Source of the DNA: an uncultured Verrucomicrobiae bacterium
GTDB lineage: Bacteria > Verrucomicrobiota > Verrucomicrobiia > Limisphaerales > Palsa-1400
NCBI GenBank assembly: GCA_963707025.1
Contig: CAVPOM010000012.1
Span: 352,001 to 416,000, forward strand
Direction: 5' to 3'
Length of the DNA stretch: 64,000 bases
Position 1 is the stretch's first letter, and each line of letters opens with the position of its first letter. The position numbers were made by a program, and so were the translations under genes. Under the pieces are notes generated by a model. The model was not told the origin of the DNA, made no database searches, and worked only from the letters and a program-made list of their open reading frames with translations. Shown here one piece after another: positions 38,434 through 50,293 of the stretch.

Positions 38434-41400
38434 ATGGACGAACAAAAACCAGGCCCCGTTGAATGGTCCGTCGGCAGCGGTTTGGGCGTTGCTGCCGTGC
38501 TGACTGCCGGCTTGACCCGGAAGTGGTGGATCAGCTTGATTTTGCTGGGATTGCTCCTGCTGGTGGTGGTGGGCTACATTGCCTGGCGCCTGTGGAAACG
38601 CCGCCGCAATGAACAAAAGTTTTCCGGCGACATGGAGCAGCAGTCCGGCAATGCCAATGTGCGCAAGGCGGAGCAAAAGGCGCAGTTGGACCAATTGCGG
38701 CGCGCTTTCCAGCAAGGCATCCTCGTTTACAAGCAACGCAAAAAAGACATCTATTCGGTTCCCTGGTATCTCATGATCGGGACGCCCGGCAGTGGAAAAA
38801 CCGAAGCGATCCGGCATTCCGAAATTGGTTTTCCGCCGGGTTTGACGGATCCGATGACCGGGGTTGGCGGGACGATCAACATGAATTGGTGGTTCACCAA
38901 TTATGGAGTCATCCTGGACACCGCCGGCAAAATGGTGTTCCCGGAGGCGGGCGGCGGCGGCCAGAGCAACGAATGGGACGAATTCCTCCGGCTGCTGCGC
39001 AAGCATCGCCCGGCCTGTCCGATTAACGGCCTGTTCCTGGCGCTGGATGTGGACAAGATGATCAAGGACACGGGCGAGGCCATCTCCAAAAAGGCCAGCC
39101 AGGTGGCCCAACAATTGGATCGGGTGCAGCGGGCGCTGGACGTGCGTTTTCCGGTTTATGTGCTGGTGACCAAGAGTGATTTTCTGACGGGCTTCAAGGA
39201 ATACTTCGACGGGATTGACGATCCGCAACTGCAAAATCAAATATTGGGCTGGTCCAATCAAGCTCCGCTGGACGCTCCGGTGGACACCGATGCCATCGAA
39301 GGGTACCTCCGGGAATTGGTGGAAATCATCAAACGCCGCCGCCTGGCGGTCATTCGCGCCCCCGTCAACCTGGATCTGCGAGAGAACCGGCGCCTGGACT
39401 GCACCGACGCGATGTTTGCCTTTGCGGAGAGTCTGGAGCGGCTGATTCCGCGTTTAAAACGTTACCTGCAAATCATCTTTTCCTCGGGCGAGTTTTCGGC
39501 CAAACCGGTCTTTTTGCGGGGCATCTATTTCACCTCCTCCATGCAGCAGAACGGCGATTTGGACGAAGCTTTGGCGGAATTCATGGGCATCAAAGTGACC
39601 GAACTGCCCCCGGCCAATGTCCAGGAAAAGGAAAAGTCCTATTTTCTGAGAGACGTGTTTATTGACAAGGCGTTTCAGGAGCGATTGGTGACCAGCGCTT
39701 CCAACACCCGCCGCATGCGTCGCAACCGCCTGTTGATTCTGTCCGGCCTGACGGTCCTGATCCTGGGATCCCTGGTGACTTTCTCCCTGCTGGGTCATGG
39801 CGCGTTGGACCGGAGTGTGGGCAAGGACAAAGTGATCTGGGACGAAGCCACCAACCAATGGGTGCTGCCGCCCTGGGCCCCCGGATCGAGTTTTTGGCAT
39901 CCGGTGGTTGATTTGTCCAATGGCAATGACTGGCGCTACACGGGCGGCGAACCGCTTTCGTCCAAGTTGACCAACAGCCTGGTGGATTTCCTTGGCATGG
40001 TCAAGGACCGTGTTAGCCTGGCCGTCCAGCAACATTCCCTTGATCTTCCGGCCCTTGCGCGGACTGCGGGGAGACCTGAAATTCCCGGAAGGCCAGCGGG
40101 TGCTGGTGGAACGCAGCGTGGTGCTGCCGTTGCTGGAGGGCGCGCGTTACAAAATGTCCCGCCTGGAGGTTTCCGCCCCCCAAGACACCGAAGGGGTCAT
40201 CCGGTTGCGCAAAGCGCTCGAGTGCCTGGTGCAAACTCAGGCGGATATTGACGCCGGGCTGGGTTCTTTGTCCAATGCGGTGGTGCAGGAGAAGCTGGCC
40301 TCTTTCGTTACGCCCCTGCTCCAGTTTGTCGTGAACACGAACCTCCCCATCAATTCCAGTTTGCTGGAGGCGTGCGCGTGGACTTACTCCAGCAGCGGCG
40401 CCGGAGCCAAGTCCTGGCCGCCCAAAGCCTTGTCGGGCGGCACCAATTTGGCTTCCGATTTGGCCATCAACACCGGATTGGATTGCCTGATCGCCCAAGT
40501 CCGCAAGAACCAGCAGCAAGTGGAAGGGCACGCTCAATTGCTCGCCGCCGTTTGCGCCAGTTTATCAGCGTTGGCGCAGGCGGAAGACACGTTGAACGCC
40601 GACGCCGTCAACGATTGCGCGTTGACCCGGGAGCATTTTGAGGCCTGGCAGGCGGCGGTGAAAGATCTGCGCTCGGCCCAGAAGGAGGCTGCGCAGCAGC
40701 GCGTGTTGGACATTTCCGCCTCCGCCGGCCTTCTGCGGGCGGCCGCCAACAAGATTGAACTGGAAAACGGCGCTGCCTCCGGCGAGGCCTTTAAGGAAAT
40801 ACGGCGGGGCGCGGACGCCGGGGCCAAGACGGACAAGCGTCCGTTGTTCGGCGAGATTACCAACAAGTGCCAGGTCGCGGTGGGCGGCATGCAAAGCAAG
40901 GTGGAGAGCACGCTGGCCAAATACATGGGATCCCTGTCCAATTGGGATAACGATTTCCTGGCCACCGGCAGCAGCGGGGTCAAACCCTATTTTGAGCAAC
41001 GCGACGATCTTTATCAGAACGCCTTTGTTCTGCGCAATCCCACCGCGGCGGTGCCGGTCGGAACGCTTCAGAAGACGCTGGTCAACTGGCGCCAGGGGCG
41101 GGACAGCATCAGCGCGCAAATTGAAAGCTATAAAGGGCCGTTAAAGCCCCAGTTGCAGCGGGTCTGTCAATGCGCGATTGACGAGTCGGACAAGCGGGGT
41201 CTGGACGGTTTATTGTCCAACTACTGCGCCAGGGCCGAGGCGAATTTGAGCGATTACTTTAATGCCAGCACGGTTTCCTTTGACCGGATCACCGAGGCGC
41301 ACGCCTTTTTCACCAATCTGGACAGCGATCTTGGATTGCAGAGTTTCCGGGAATTGCCGCCCAGATGGCAGGACAAACTGCAAAAACTCCACAACGACGA

Positions 41401-42295
41401 CGCCGACGCCACCAAAAAATCGGTCAGCAAAGCCTACACCAACTGGCTGGCGGGCCAATTGTCCGCCCGCGGCGGCGGACCCGACAGCGACAACCCGCTG
41501 CAGCCCTACCTCGACTTCCGCAAGCGATGGGATAATGTCACCAATCAATTCAACAGCGATGCCGTCAAGTATTTTTCCAAGGAATTGGGCGAGCAATTCC
41601 CGCAATGGGCGGCGAAAGAGGCGAGAAACCGCCTGGATGAGGGCGTCAAGTTTTGCAACGACTGGCTCAACCAGAACACGGGTTTTCCGGTGCTCCTCGG
41701 CAGCGCCACGCCAAGGACCCCGGAACAAGTCGCCTTGCTGAAGAGGCAACTGGACCTGCGCGCCAACGAATTCAAGCAGGTTCAGGACGGTGACCAAACC
41801 CTCGCTTTTAAGAGCTTCGCCAATCGCGTGTCGGTGCTGTCGCAGGTTGTCGCCGTGCTGGTGCCGGACCCCGGGCGTCCGGCCAGGCATACCGTGGACA
41901 TCCACCCCGTCACCGGTGACGCCGCCAACCAATGTCCCTACCTCTACCTGACCACCTCGGGAGCCAAAGCCCAGCGCTTGACCCTCGGCCGGAAACGCGA
42001 TCCATCGGTCGCGCTGTCCGACTTGACCGGGGCCTTGGAGATCAAAGTGACGAGCGGTCCGGATCCGGACACCCCCGGGGCCGGGGTTTTTTACATCAAC
42101 GAATGGAAGAGTTGGGGGGCGTTGAATCTCATCAATCTGGCCAACGTGCGATTTGAAGGTGGCAAGTGGATCGTGCCGATTCCTGTCAAGAATTCCGACG
42201 GCTCCGACATTGGCGCCGTTCACGTCGAATTGGAATTCAATCCCCCGCTGCCTTCCCCGGAACAGTGGCAGCGCCTGAACCCGCCGCCGCCATGA
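38434..42295 (+). CDS. tssM: T6SS membrane subunit TssM/IcmF (about 1286 aa; one frameshift near 40020)
   Basis: PWYLMIGTPGSGKT, WWFT, LDTAG, PINGL, FPVYVLVTKSD..GF, FLRGIYFTS, SYFL; periplasmic half continues in the 39992-42295 frame. Confidence 0.9.
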
Positions 42296-45200
42296 GCGAT
42301 TTCTACAAGGATTTTCTGCGCGAACCCGGCCGCCTGCCCAGTCAGACGCCGGGGCCGCGCATTACTTTGGGAGCGCTGGGCAAGCATCCCGGCTGGGACG
42401 ACCACATTGACGGTTTGCTGGGCACCGAAACGCTCGCGCTCTTCAAGAATTTTTTTTATATCCAGGGCATCGGGCGGGAAATTGACTCGGGCGCGTGGGA
42501 CAAGCCGGAAATCGCCGGCGACCTGATTGCTTTTGATCATTTCCTGATGTGGGTTCGCGGCGACCAGTTCCTGCTGGGGCGCCTCTGGGCCTCGTCCGAC
42601 GGCCGCGGACGGACCAAGTATCCCATGATCCTCTGCGCCCAATGCAACGGACTGCCTTTGGGCTGGGCGTTGCAACACATCCTCCCCAAGCTCGACCAAA
42701 TGCGCGACGCCTGCCGGAGCGCCCGGACCGCCGATGAAGTGCGCCAGATCATCCTGAGCGCGCAGGCCGAATTGCGGGAGAGGGCCGCCTTCGGGCCCAT
42801 TGGCCCCGAAGCAGAAGCGTCCCTTGATCGGGCGGCATTCCTGGCCGGGCCGGAGCTGGGGCCGGAGCGCATGGGTTTGATGCGGATTCTGCACGAGTTG
42901 GACTCCAATTTTTTCGCTTACAAGAGGGCCAGGTCCGGCAAGACCATCGGCGCCGACGTGCGCCCCCAGCACATCCGGGTTCCTCGCAATGCCGGGTCTC
43001 CGGCGGAATCGCTCTGGGCTTGGCGGGAGTTTTTTAATTTGCTGTTCCGACGAGACCTGCCGATGCTCTTCGTGGCGCCGGCAGGCAAATCGTGGCTGGA
43101 TATTTGCGCGGGGGAGCCGTCGCTCAACGAAATCTATCCATTGCGGGTCCAGTCGGTCGGCCTTGCCAGCAGCGTTCCCTATGAAATTGGCCCTGAAATC
43201 AAATCCTCCTGCGCCGAACTGGCCAGCCAGTTTGAGACGGGCCATGTCGTGCCGTCGGGGCAGACCGAAATCATCAGAAAAGCGGACCTCAAGCCAGCCG
43301 CCCCAAGCGGAACCTGGGACACGGCGCCAGCCGCGAAGCGATTCAACTGGAAAATCCTCGGCGCAGGAGGCGGAGGGCTGATTCTGCTGCTGCTGGTTTG
43401 CGTCCTTTGGCCCGGGCGCGGCAAGCATCCAACAACCCTGTCACCACCGCAGAAAGTGGAAACCAACCAACCGCCAGCGCCAAAGGCGCCTCCTCCGGAT
43501 ATGACCCCCCCGGTGGCTGTGTCCAAGACAGTTGGGGCTGTGGCAGGGAACCCGGTGCCCGTCAATCTGGAAGGAACGGATCCCAAAGGCCGTCCTGTCA
43601 CCTTTCAGATCGTCGCTCCGCCGTCGCACGGTCGCTTGAGCGGCGATCCGCCGAGTCTTCGCTATTCGCCGGAACCCAATTTCACGGGAACCGATTTTTT
43701 CACTTTCAAAGCGGTGCGCGACAAGGTCGTTTCCGAGCGGCGACCATTACCGTGCGCGTTGCTTCCCGCCCCCTGCCGCCGCAGTTGTCGGCTATGAAAG
43801 ACCAAACGATTGAGACGGGCGACAGCTTCAAGCCGTTGCCGTTCACGGTGACCGGCGACAAGACTCCCGCGGAACGGTTGACCACCAGGCTGGAGTCATC
43901 GGATCCCCTCTGGCTGCCGGCCAGTTCGTTAAGTTTGGATCGCAACGGCAGCAATTGGGCCGTGCGCATCAATCCTTCTCCGAGCCGCGCGGGCGCGGCC
44001 GATCTGGCCATTATCGCCTCGGACGGGGACGGCAACAGCGCCACCAACCATGTTCGGGTGGCGGTCACCTCGGCGGCTTGGTCTGCGCCCACCCTTGTAC
44101 TGCAGGGACCGGCACGGCAAGTCATCCGGGCCGGTTCGGAAATCGCCCCTGTTTCCTTCCAGGCGTCGGACACCAAGACCCCGGTTGACCGGTTAACCTG
44201 GTCGTTCGAGTCGTCCAACCCGGCGCTGCTTCCGGCGGCCGGGATTCAAGTCCGTCAGGAAGGGGCGGTGTGGCGGGTGGCGGCGGCGGCGGCGCCCGGA
44301 CAAACGGGAACCGCGTCGGTTACGGTGAGCTTGAAAAATGAGGGCGGTTTGGCCGCTACCAATCAGTTTCTGCTCGTGGTGCGAAAGCCGCCGGCCTTCA
44401 ATCAGGCCTTGGAAAAGGTGCAAATTGCGCGGGGCCAAACTTATCGCGGGGCCGTCAAAGCGAGCGACGCGGATCTTCCGGCGGCGCAACTCCAATTGAA
44501 GGCGCGCGTGGAACCCCTCGCTTGGGTCGCCCCCAACGTGCTCGGAGACGGCGCGGAATGGACCGTGGAGCTGGCCGCCCGCGACGCCGCCCCAGGGCGC
44601 GGCAAACTGATCCTGGAGTTGAGCGACGGCGAATTAACAGCCACCAACGAGTCCGTCATCGAAGTGGTCCCGCCGGAAGCGCCAGTGTTTGTCACCGCTC
44701 CGCAGGGGATCACGGAAATCCCGGCGGGAAAAACCTCGCCGCCCCTTGCCTTTGTCATCTCCAACAAGAATGGCACTCCAGACCAGATCCAATTTTCCGT
44801 TTCCTCCAACGATAAAAAGGCCATCCCGGACGAACATTTAACAGTCAGTTACGACGGCGGCTCCTGGCATTTGCAGATTACCCCCAATGACGGGGCCGCC
44901 GGACAGATCAGCTTGGACGCGGTGGCGAGCGACAACCTTGGAACGTCCGCCACCAACCGCTTCACCGTTGCAGTGGCTGCGTCCTCCGGGGTTCTTCGCA
45001 ATTCGCTGGGAATGGAGTTCGTTTGGGTGGACAACCTGCCCGGCACGGCGAAAGCGGGTTGGGACGCCGGACATCAAGGAGGCGGCTGGGTGGCCAAGTA
45101 CTTGGTCACGCAAAAAGACTTTTCAACCGTGATGCATGCCAATCCAAGCGCCTACAAAAGCGGAGGGGACTCGGCTCCTGTCGAAAGCATGAGTGCGGCG

Positions 45201-45593
45201 GATGTGGACGAATTCTGTCACAAATTGGCGGCTCAAGATCAAAGCAGCCGGCCTTGGCCGGCGGGGTGGTCCTGCCAGTTATTGACGCTGGAACAATGGA
45301 AATTCTGCGCTGCCAGCTCCCATGACGCCGATTGCATCCTGAGCACGCCGGACTTGAAGCGCCAGCATCCCGAGCGCGTCGGGTCTCTCGGCCCCAATGC
45401 ATTGGGACTCTTTGACGCCATCGGTAATGTCTATGAGGTCACTCTCGGCCCGGACAATGGCAAGCTGGTGGCCGGGGCCTGGTACTCGCAACCAAAGACG
45501 GCGGCGCTGGCCCTTAAATTCAGCTACCCGTTCACCCCGGGTTATTGGGCTGGCTTCCGCATCGCCATCCTGCCGGCCGTCCAAACTCCGTAG
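42292..45593 (+). CDS. TagF-like domain-TM-Ig/cadherin-like repeats-FGE/SUMF1 fusion (about 1100 aa; one frameshift near 43737)
   Basis: ALGKHPGWDDH, GRLWASSDGRGRTKYPM (TagF-type GK…D and SxDxxGRxYP motifs); TM; PPSHGRLSG..YSPEPNFTGTDFFTF; C-terminal NSLGMEF, VTQKDF, NALGLFDAIGNVYE, GFRI. Confidence 0.8.
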
Positions 45594-45598
45594 AACTT

Positions 45599-46721
45599 AT
45601 GAGCGCACCGTCCCAATACCTCGAACCTGTTTCTTCAGACGCCCCCTGCGGGGACGCCACCTCCGTCGGCAACCTGTGGCAACTGGATGGTCTGTTTACG
45701 CCTTCGGGGGCCGACTTGCTCAATTGGAAACCGGATTGGAAGGAAGTGACGAAAGTGGCGGAGAGGCTGCTGCCGAATTGCAAGCATGTCAAACTTGCCC
45801 TGATTTTTGGCGGCATGGCCATGCAAAAGGAGGGTCTGGGCGGTTTTCGGGACGGGCTGGGATTATTGCTGGGCTGGCTGGAGCGGTACTGGGACCATTT
45901 GTATCCCCAGTTGGACAAGGAACTGGCCGATCCTTACGAGCAAATGCTGGAAAGAATCAACGAATTGCGCAACCTGACCAACCAGGGCATCGGGGGCATC
46001 TCCGTGCTGGCTTGGCTCTATGGGACCACCATTTGCCGCTCCCGTTCCTTTGGCAACCTGAGTCTCCGGGCCGTGGCCATCGTTGCAGGCTCTGTCAAGC
46101 CGGTGGAAGGGGAAGCCGTGCCGACGGCGGGGGACACGCCGATGACGGCGGCCCAACTGGACGCGGCCTTCCGCGAGTTCCAGGAGGCCGAGCCGGATGA
46201 ACTGGCGGCGCAGATTCAGGCGGTCAAGGAATCCCAGGAAATCCTGGGCAAACTGGACGCGTTTATTTCGGAGAAGGCCGGTCCCGGGCGCGGTCCCAGC
46301 CTGGGCCCATTGGACCAGGCGCTGGAGTTGCTGGAGAAATGTCTGGGCTCGCAGGCCGGGGAGGCGGCTCCGGCGGCCGGGGCGGCCCCCGTGGCCGCCG
46401 GGGCGCGGCCAGCGGAGGCTCCGGCGGCCGGGGGAAAGATCAGTTCGCGCGGGGAGGCGCTGAAATCCATCGCGGCCATCTGCGAGTATTATCGGCGCTG
46501 CGAGCCCCTCCAGCCCGGTGCCGCTGCTGTTGCAACGGGCCGGGCGCCTGATCGAAATGGACTTTTTGCAAATTGTGGAGGATTTGTCCATTGAAGGCGG
46601 CGACCAGGCCCGGCGCCTGTTGGTGGGGGCCAAAAAAGGAGCCGGAAGAAAGCGCGAAATCTTGAAGAAATTGCTTGCAATTGACAACAGTTGCTGCCAA
46701 AGTATGGCTTATCGTATTTAA
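45599..46721 (+). CDS. tssA: T6SS TssA (ImpA N-terminal domain); frameshift near 46506, true 3' end uncertain
   Basis: LEPVSSDAPCG, PDW, KHVKL, LERYWDHLYPQLD; C-terminal ISSRGEAL…YYRRCEP[SSPV]PLLLQRA..LIEMDF. Confidence 0.9.
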
Positions 46722-46794
46722 CTGGCAGTGCGGTCGTTTGGCGCGCCTTGAGTGAGACGCGCCGGTCCACAGTCAACAATCAGATTGTCTTATT

Positions 46795-47304
46795 ATGGCC
46801 AAAAGTCAAAAATTCATCGAGAGGAACCGCGCCCCGCGGGTTCAAATTGCCTACGACATCGAAACCTTTGACGGGGCAAAGCGTGTGGAACTGCCCTTCA
46901 TTGTGGGCGTGATGGCCGATCTGTCGGGCAAGCCGGAGGACCCGCTGGCGCCGGTGGCGGACCGGAAATTCAGCGAAATAGACATGGACAACTTTGATGA
47001 CACGCTCAAGGCGGCCAAGCCGCGGGTGGCCTTTCAAGTGCCCAACACCCTGACCAAGGAAGGCAACCTGAGCGTGGCCATCACCTTTGACCGCATGGAG
47101 GATTTTTCGCCGGCGGCGGTGGCGCGCAAGGTGGAACCGCTGCGCAAGCTCTTCGAGGCGCGGCAGCGGCTGGACAATCTGCTCAGCTATGTGGACGGCA
47201 AGGCGGACGCCGAACAACTCCTGGCCGACATATTGGACAACAAGGCGCTGATGCAGGCGCTCTGCGCCGCCCCCAATCCGGCGAAAGAAGAAGAGAAAAA
47301 ATAG
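46795..47304 (+). CDS. tssB: T6SS sheath small subunit TssB/VipA
   Basis: RAPRVQIAYD, ELPFIVGVMADLSG, IDMDNFD, DFSP. Confidence 0.97.
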   Translation: MAKSQKFIERNRAPRVQIAYDIETFDGAKRVELPFIVGVMADLSGKPEDPLAPVADRKFSEIDMDNFDDTLKAAKPRVAFQVPNTLTKEGNLSVAITFDRMEDFSPAAVARKVEPLRKLFEARQRLDNLLSYVDGKADAEQLLADILDNKALMQALCAAPNPAKEEEKK

Positions 47305-47319
47305 CCACGAGGAGATTTT

Positions 47320-48819
47320 ATGGCAACCAACACGAAACTTCAAAAAGCGGCGGAGTCCCTGCAACAAGGAGACAGCAACCCGTTCGAGCAGCTTGTCAAA
47401 GGAACGGTCAAACCGCGGGGCGACGCCGAGTTGACGGCTGTCAAACAGGCGGTGCAAACCCTGGCAGAAAAGGCGCTGGAAGGGGTGGCGCTGGTCCCCG
47501 GCGACGCCATCCGCACCATCAAGTCCATCATCGCGGAAATTGACGCCAAACTATCCGAGCAGATCAACCAAATCATTCACCATCCTGATTTTCAGGCCCT
47601 GGAGAGCACCTGGCGGGGGCTGCACCACCTGGTGTTCAACACGGAGACGGACACGATGTTGAAGATCCGGGTGCTGAACGTTTCCAAGAAGGACGCCGCC
47701 AAGGACCTGAAACGATTCCCCGGCGCGGCCTGGGACCAAAGCCCGCTGTTCAAAAAGATCTACGGGGCGGAGTACGACATGCTGGGCGGCACGCCTTACG
47801 GCTGCCTGGTGGGGGACTATTTTATTGACAATACGCCCGAGGACATTGGATTTCTCTCCGACATGGCGAAAATCGCGGCGGCGGCGCACGCCCCGTTCCT
47901 GTGCGCGGCGGATCCGGGGATGGTGCGCATGGAGTCGTGGCAGGAATTGAGCCAGCCGCGGGACCTGGCCAAAATCTTCGACAGCCCGGCCCACGCGCAG
48001 TGGGCGGCCTTCCGCAAACAAGAGGATGCGGCCTATGTCGGGCTGGCCATGCCGCGGTTCCTGGGGCGGCTGCCCTACGGCACCAAGGCCAAGAACCCGC
48101 TGGATGAATTCGCCTTTGAAGAGGACACCGACGGCAAGGACCATGCCAAATTTCTTTGGAGCAATTCGGCCTTTGCCATGGCGGCGAACATTACCCGGTC
48201 CTTCAAGCAGTTTGGCTGGTGCACCCGCATTCGGGGCGTGGAGTCGGGGGGCACGGTGTCGGAGCTTCCCTGCTACACCTTTCCCACCGACGACGGGGGC
48301 ACGGACATGAAATGCCCGACGGAATTAGGCATCGGAGACCGGCGGGGAGCGGAGCTGGACAAGCTGGGTTTTATACCGCTCTACCATCGCAAGGGCACGA
48401 CGGACGCGACCTTTATCGGGGCGCAGTCGGTGTTTCAGCCGGGCAAGTATTATGATCCGGATGCGGAGGCCAATTCCAATTTGACGGCGCGGCTCTATTA
48501 TATGTTTCCCATCTGCCGGTTTGCGCATTATCTCAAGACGATGGTGCGGGACAAGATCGGGGCCTTCAAGGAACGGTCGGACATGGAGGCCTGGCTGAAC
48601 AATTGGATCGCCAATTACGTGCTGCTCAACCCGGACGCGGGGGAGCAGGCCAAGGCGGAAAAGCCGCTCTCCGCCGCGGAGGTGAAGGTGCAGGAAGTGC
48701 CGGGCAATCCCGGCTATTACACCGCGCAGTTCTGGCTGCGGCCCCATTATCAACTGGAGGGATTGAACGTATCCCTGCGGCTGACCTCCAAGCTGCCGTC
48801 GGTCAAGGCGGGCGGGTGA
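47320..48819 (+). CDS. tssC: T6SS sheath large subunit TssC/VipB
   Basis: HHPDFQALESTWRGL, AAAAHAPF, PRFLGRLPYG, RFAHYLK, LRPHYQLEG. Confidence 0.97.
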   Translation: MATNTKLQKAAESLQQGDSNPFEQLVKGTVKPRGDAELTAVKQAVQTLAEKALEGVALVPGDAIRTIKSIIAEIDAKLSEQINQIIHHPDFQALESTWRGLHHLVFNTETDTMLKIRVLNVSKKDAAKDLKRFPGAAWDQSPLFKKIYGAEYDMLGGTPYGCLVGDYFIDNTPEDIGFLSDMAKIAAAAHAPFLCAADPGMVRMESWQELSQPRDLAKIFDSPAHAQWAAFRKQEDAAYVGLAMPRFLGRLPYGTKAKNPLDEFAFEEDTDGKDHAKFLWSNSAFAMAANITRSFKQFGWCTRIRGVESGGTVSELPCYTFPTDDGGTDMKCPTELGIGDRRGAELDKLGFIPLYHRKGTTDATFIGAQSVFQPGKYYDPDAEANSNLTARLYYMFPICRFAHYLKTMVRDKIGAFKERSDMEAWLNNWIANYVLLNPDAGEQAKAEKPLSAAEVKVQEVPGNPGYYTAQFWLRPHYQLEGLNVSLRLTSKLPSVKAGG

Positions 48820-48920
48820 TCGCGCCGGAGATTTTCCGCTTGCGGTGCGAGGCGGGAAGGAAAAAACAACGATGCCTGCACCAGCATCGCAGCAAATCAG
48901 CAAAAGAAAGGCGGTAATTT

Positions 48921-49421
48921 ATGGCATTTAGTGCTTATCTTAAAATAGCAACGATCGAAGGCGAGGCCACGGCCAAGGGATACGAGAAAACCATTGAGTG
49001 TGATTCCTACAGCCATCTTCTGTCCCAGCACAGTGGCGGGAGCATGTCCGCCGCCGGCGGGCTGAGCGGCGGACGCGCCGATCATGGCGAGTTTGTCATC
49101 ACCCATTCGCTGGACAAATCGTCCCCGAAATTCAACTTGGCCTGCTGCACTGGCGAACCTCTCAAGGAGATCAACGTGGATGTCTTGCGGGCGACGGGCG
49201 AAGGGGCGGGGACAAAATTCATGAATTACAAAATGAGCGACGTGATCGTCAGTTCGGTTTCCCTGGCCGGCAACTCCAGGGGAGGCGAACCGCTGCCCAA
49301 GGAAGAGGTTCATTTCGCCTACGGCAAGATTGAATGGACCTACACGGAAATCGGCCACGATGGCAAGAAGAAGGGCGATGTCAAGACTGGCTGGAGCGTG
49401 ACCCAAGGCACCAAGGTCTAG
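48921..49421 (+). CDS. hcp: T6SS tube protein Hcp (TssD)
   Basis: AYLKI..IEGEA, DKSSP, E.V.FAYGKIEWTY, GW. Confidence 0.95.
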   Translation: MAFSAYLKIATIEGEATAKGYEKTIECDSYSHLLSQHSGGSMSAAGGLSGGRADHGEFVITHSLDKSSPKFNLACCTGEPLKEINVDVLRATGEGAGTKFMNYKMSDVIVSSVSLAGNSRGGEPLPKEEVHFAYGKIEWTYTEIGHDGKKKGDVKTGWSVTQGTKV

Positions 49422-49474
49422 CGGGTGGCGGAGGCCCTCACAAGCAGGGGTGAAAGGCCCGACCCGCACCGAAT

Positions 49475-50293
49475 ATGGATGCCGCCAGTCATCTCAAAGA
49501 AGGCCGGTTGGAAGAGAGCCTGGCCGGCCTGCTGGAGGATATTCGCCGGAAACCGGAAGATGTCACCCTTCGTTTGTTCCTGTTCCAACTGGCCGCGGTT
49601 TTGGGGCAGTGGGACCGGTGCCAGACGCAATTGCGCCTGGTGGAAACGCTGGGGCCGGAGACGCAATGGCTGGGCAAGGTCTTTCAGCAAGTGGTGCAGG
49701 CGGAGTTTGTGCGCTCGCAGGTGTTTGCGGGCAAACTGGCGCCGTTGTTGTTTGGCGAGCCGGAAGAATGGATGGGATGGTTTGTCCAGGCGCTCACACT
49801 GGTCAACCAGGGCAGTCTGGCCCAAGCCAAAGCGTTGCGCGAGCAGGCCCTCGAGGCCGCCCCCGCCAATGCCGGCACGGTCAACGGCCGTGCGTTTGCC
49901 TGGATCATGGACGCCGACCCCAGGATGGGACCGTTCCTGGAAGTCATTATTGGCGGTTCCTACTATTGGGTTCCCTTCAGCCGCATCCGCCAAATTCGCG
50001 CGGAGAAGCCAAACGACTTGCGGGATTTGGTGTGGATGCCGGCCAATTTTACCTGGGCCAACGGCGGGGAAATGGGCGGTCATATTCCGGTGCGCTATGC
50101 GGGGACCGAGCTGCAAAGCGACAACGAGCTGAAACTGGCGCGCCGCACCGACTGGATCGCCCAAGCCGACGGCAGCCAGTTCGGCCTGGGCCAGCGCCTC
50201 CTGGCCACGGACAACGAAGATGTGGCGCTTTTGGAAATGCGCCATGTGGAATTAGTTGCGCCGCCGGGCGCCGACCAGCCATGCCCGACCTGA
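49475..50293 (+). CDS. tagJ: T6SS accessory protein TagJ/ImpE/SciE
   Basis: RLFLFQL..LGQWDR, WIMDADPRMGP.LE, YYWVPF, LRDLVW.P, IPVRY, GLGQR. Confidence 0.92.
   Translation: MDAASHLKEGRLEESLAGLLEDIRRKPEDVTLRLFLFQLAAVLGQWDRCQTQLRLVETLGPETQWLGKVFQQVVQAEFVRSQVFAGKLAPLLFGEPEEWMGWFVQALTLVNQGSLAQAKALREQALEAAPANAGTVNGRAFAWIMDADPRMGPFLEVIIGGSYYWVPFSRIRQIRAEKPNDLRDLVWMPANFTWANGGEMGGHIPVRYAGTELQSDNELKLARRTDWIAQADGSQFGLGQRLLATDNEDVALLEMRHVELVAPPGADQPCPT

Noticed and set aside
25700..45593. Diversity-generating retroelement targeting the two FGE/CLec-fold C-termini
   Set aside because: No reverse transcriptase and no near-identical template repeat with adenine-specific mismatches in the window; the two domains are too divergent. 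A trans-acting DGR elsewhere cannot be excluded.
49450..50280. N-terminally extended TssE (443 aa)
   Set aside because: The extension overlaps tagJ in another frame; TssE motifs start at ATG 50281
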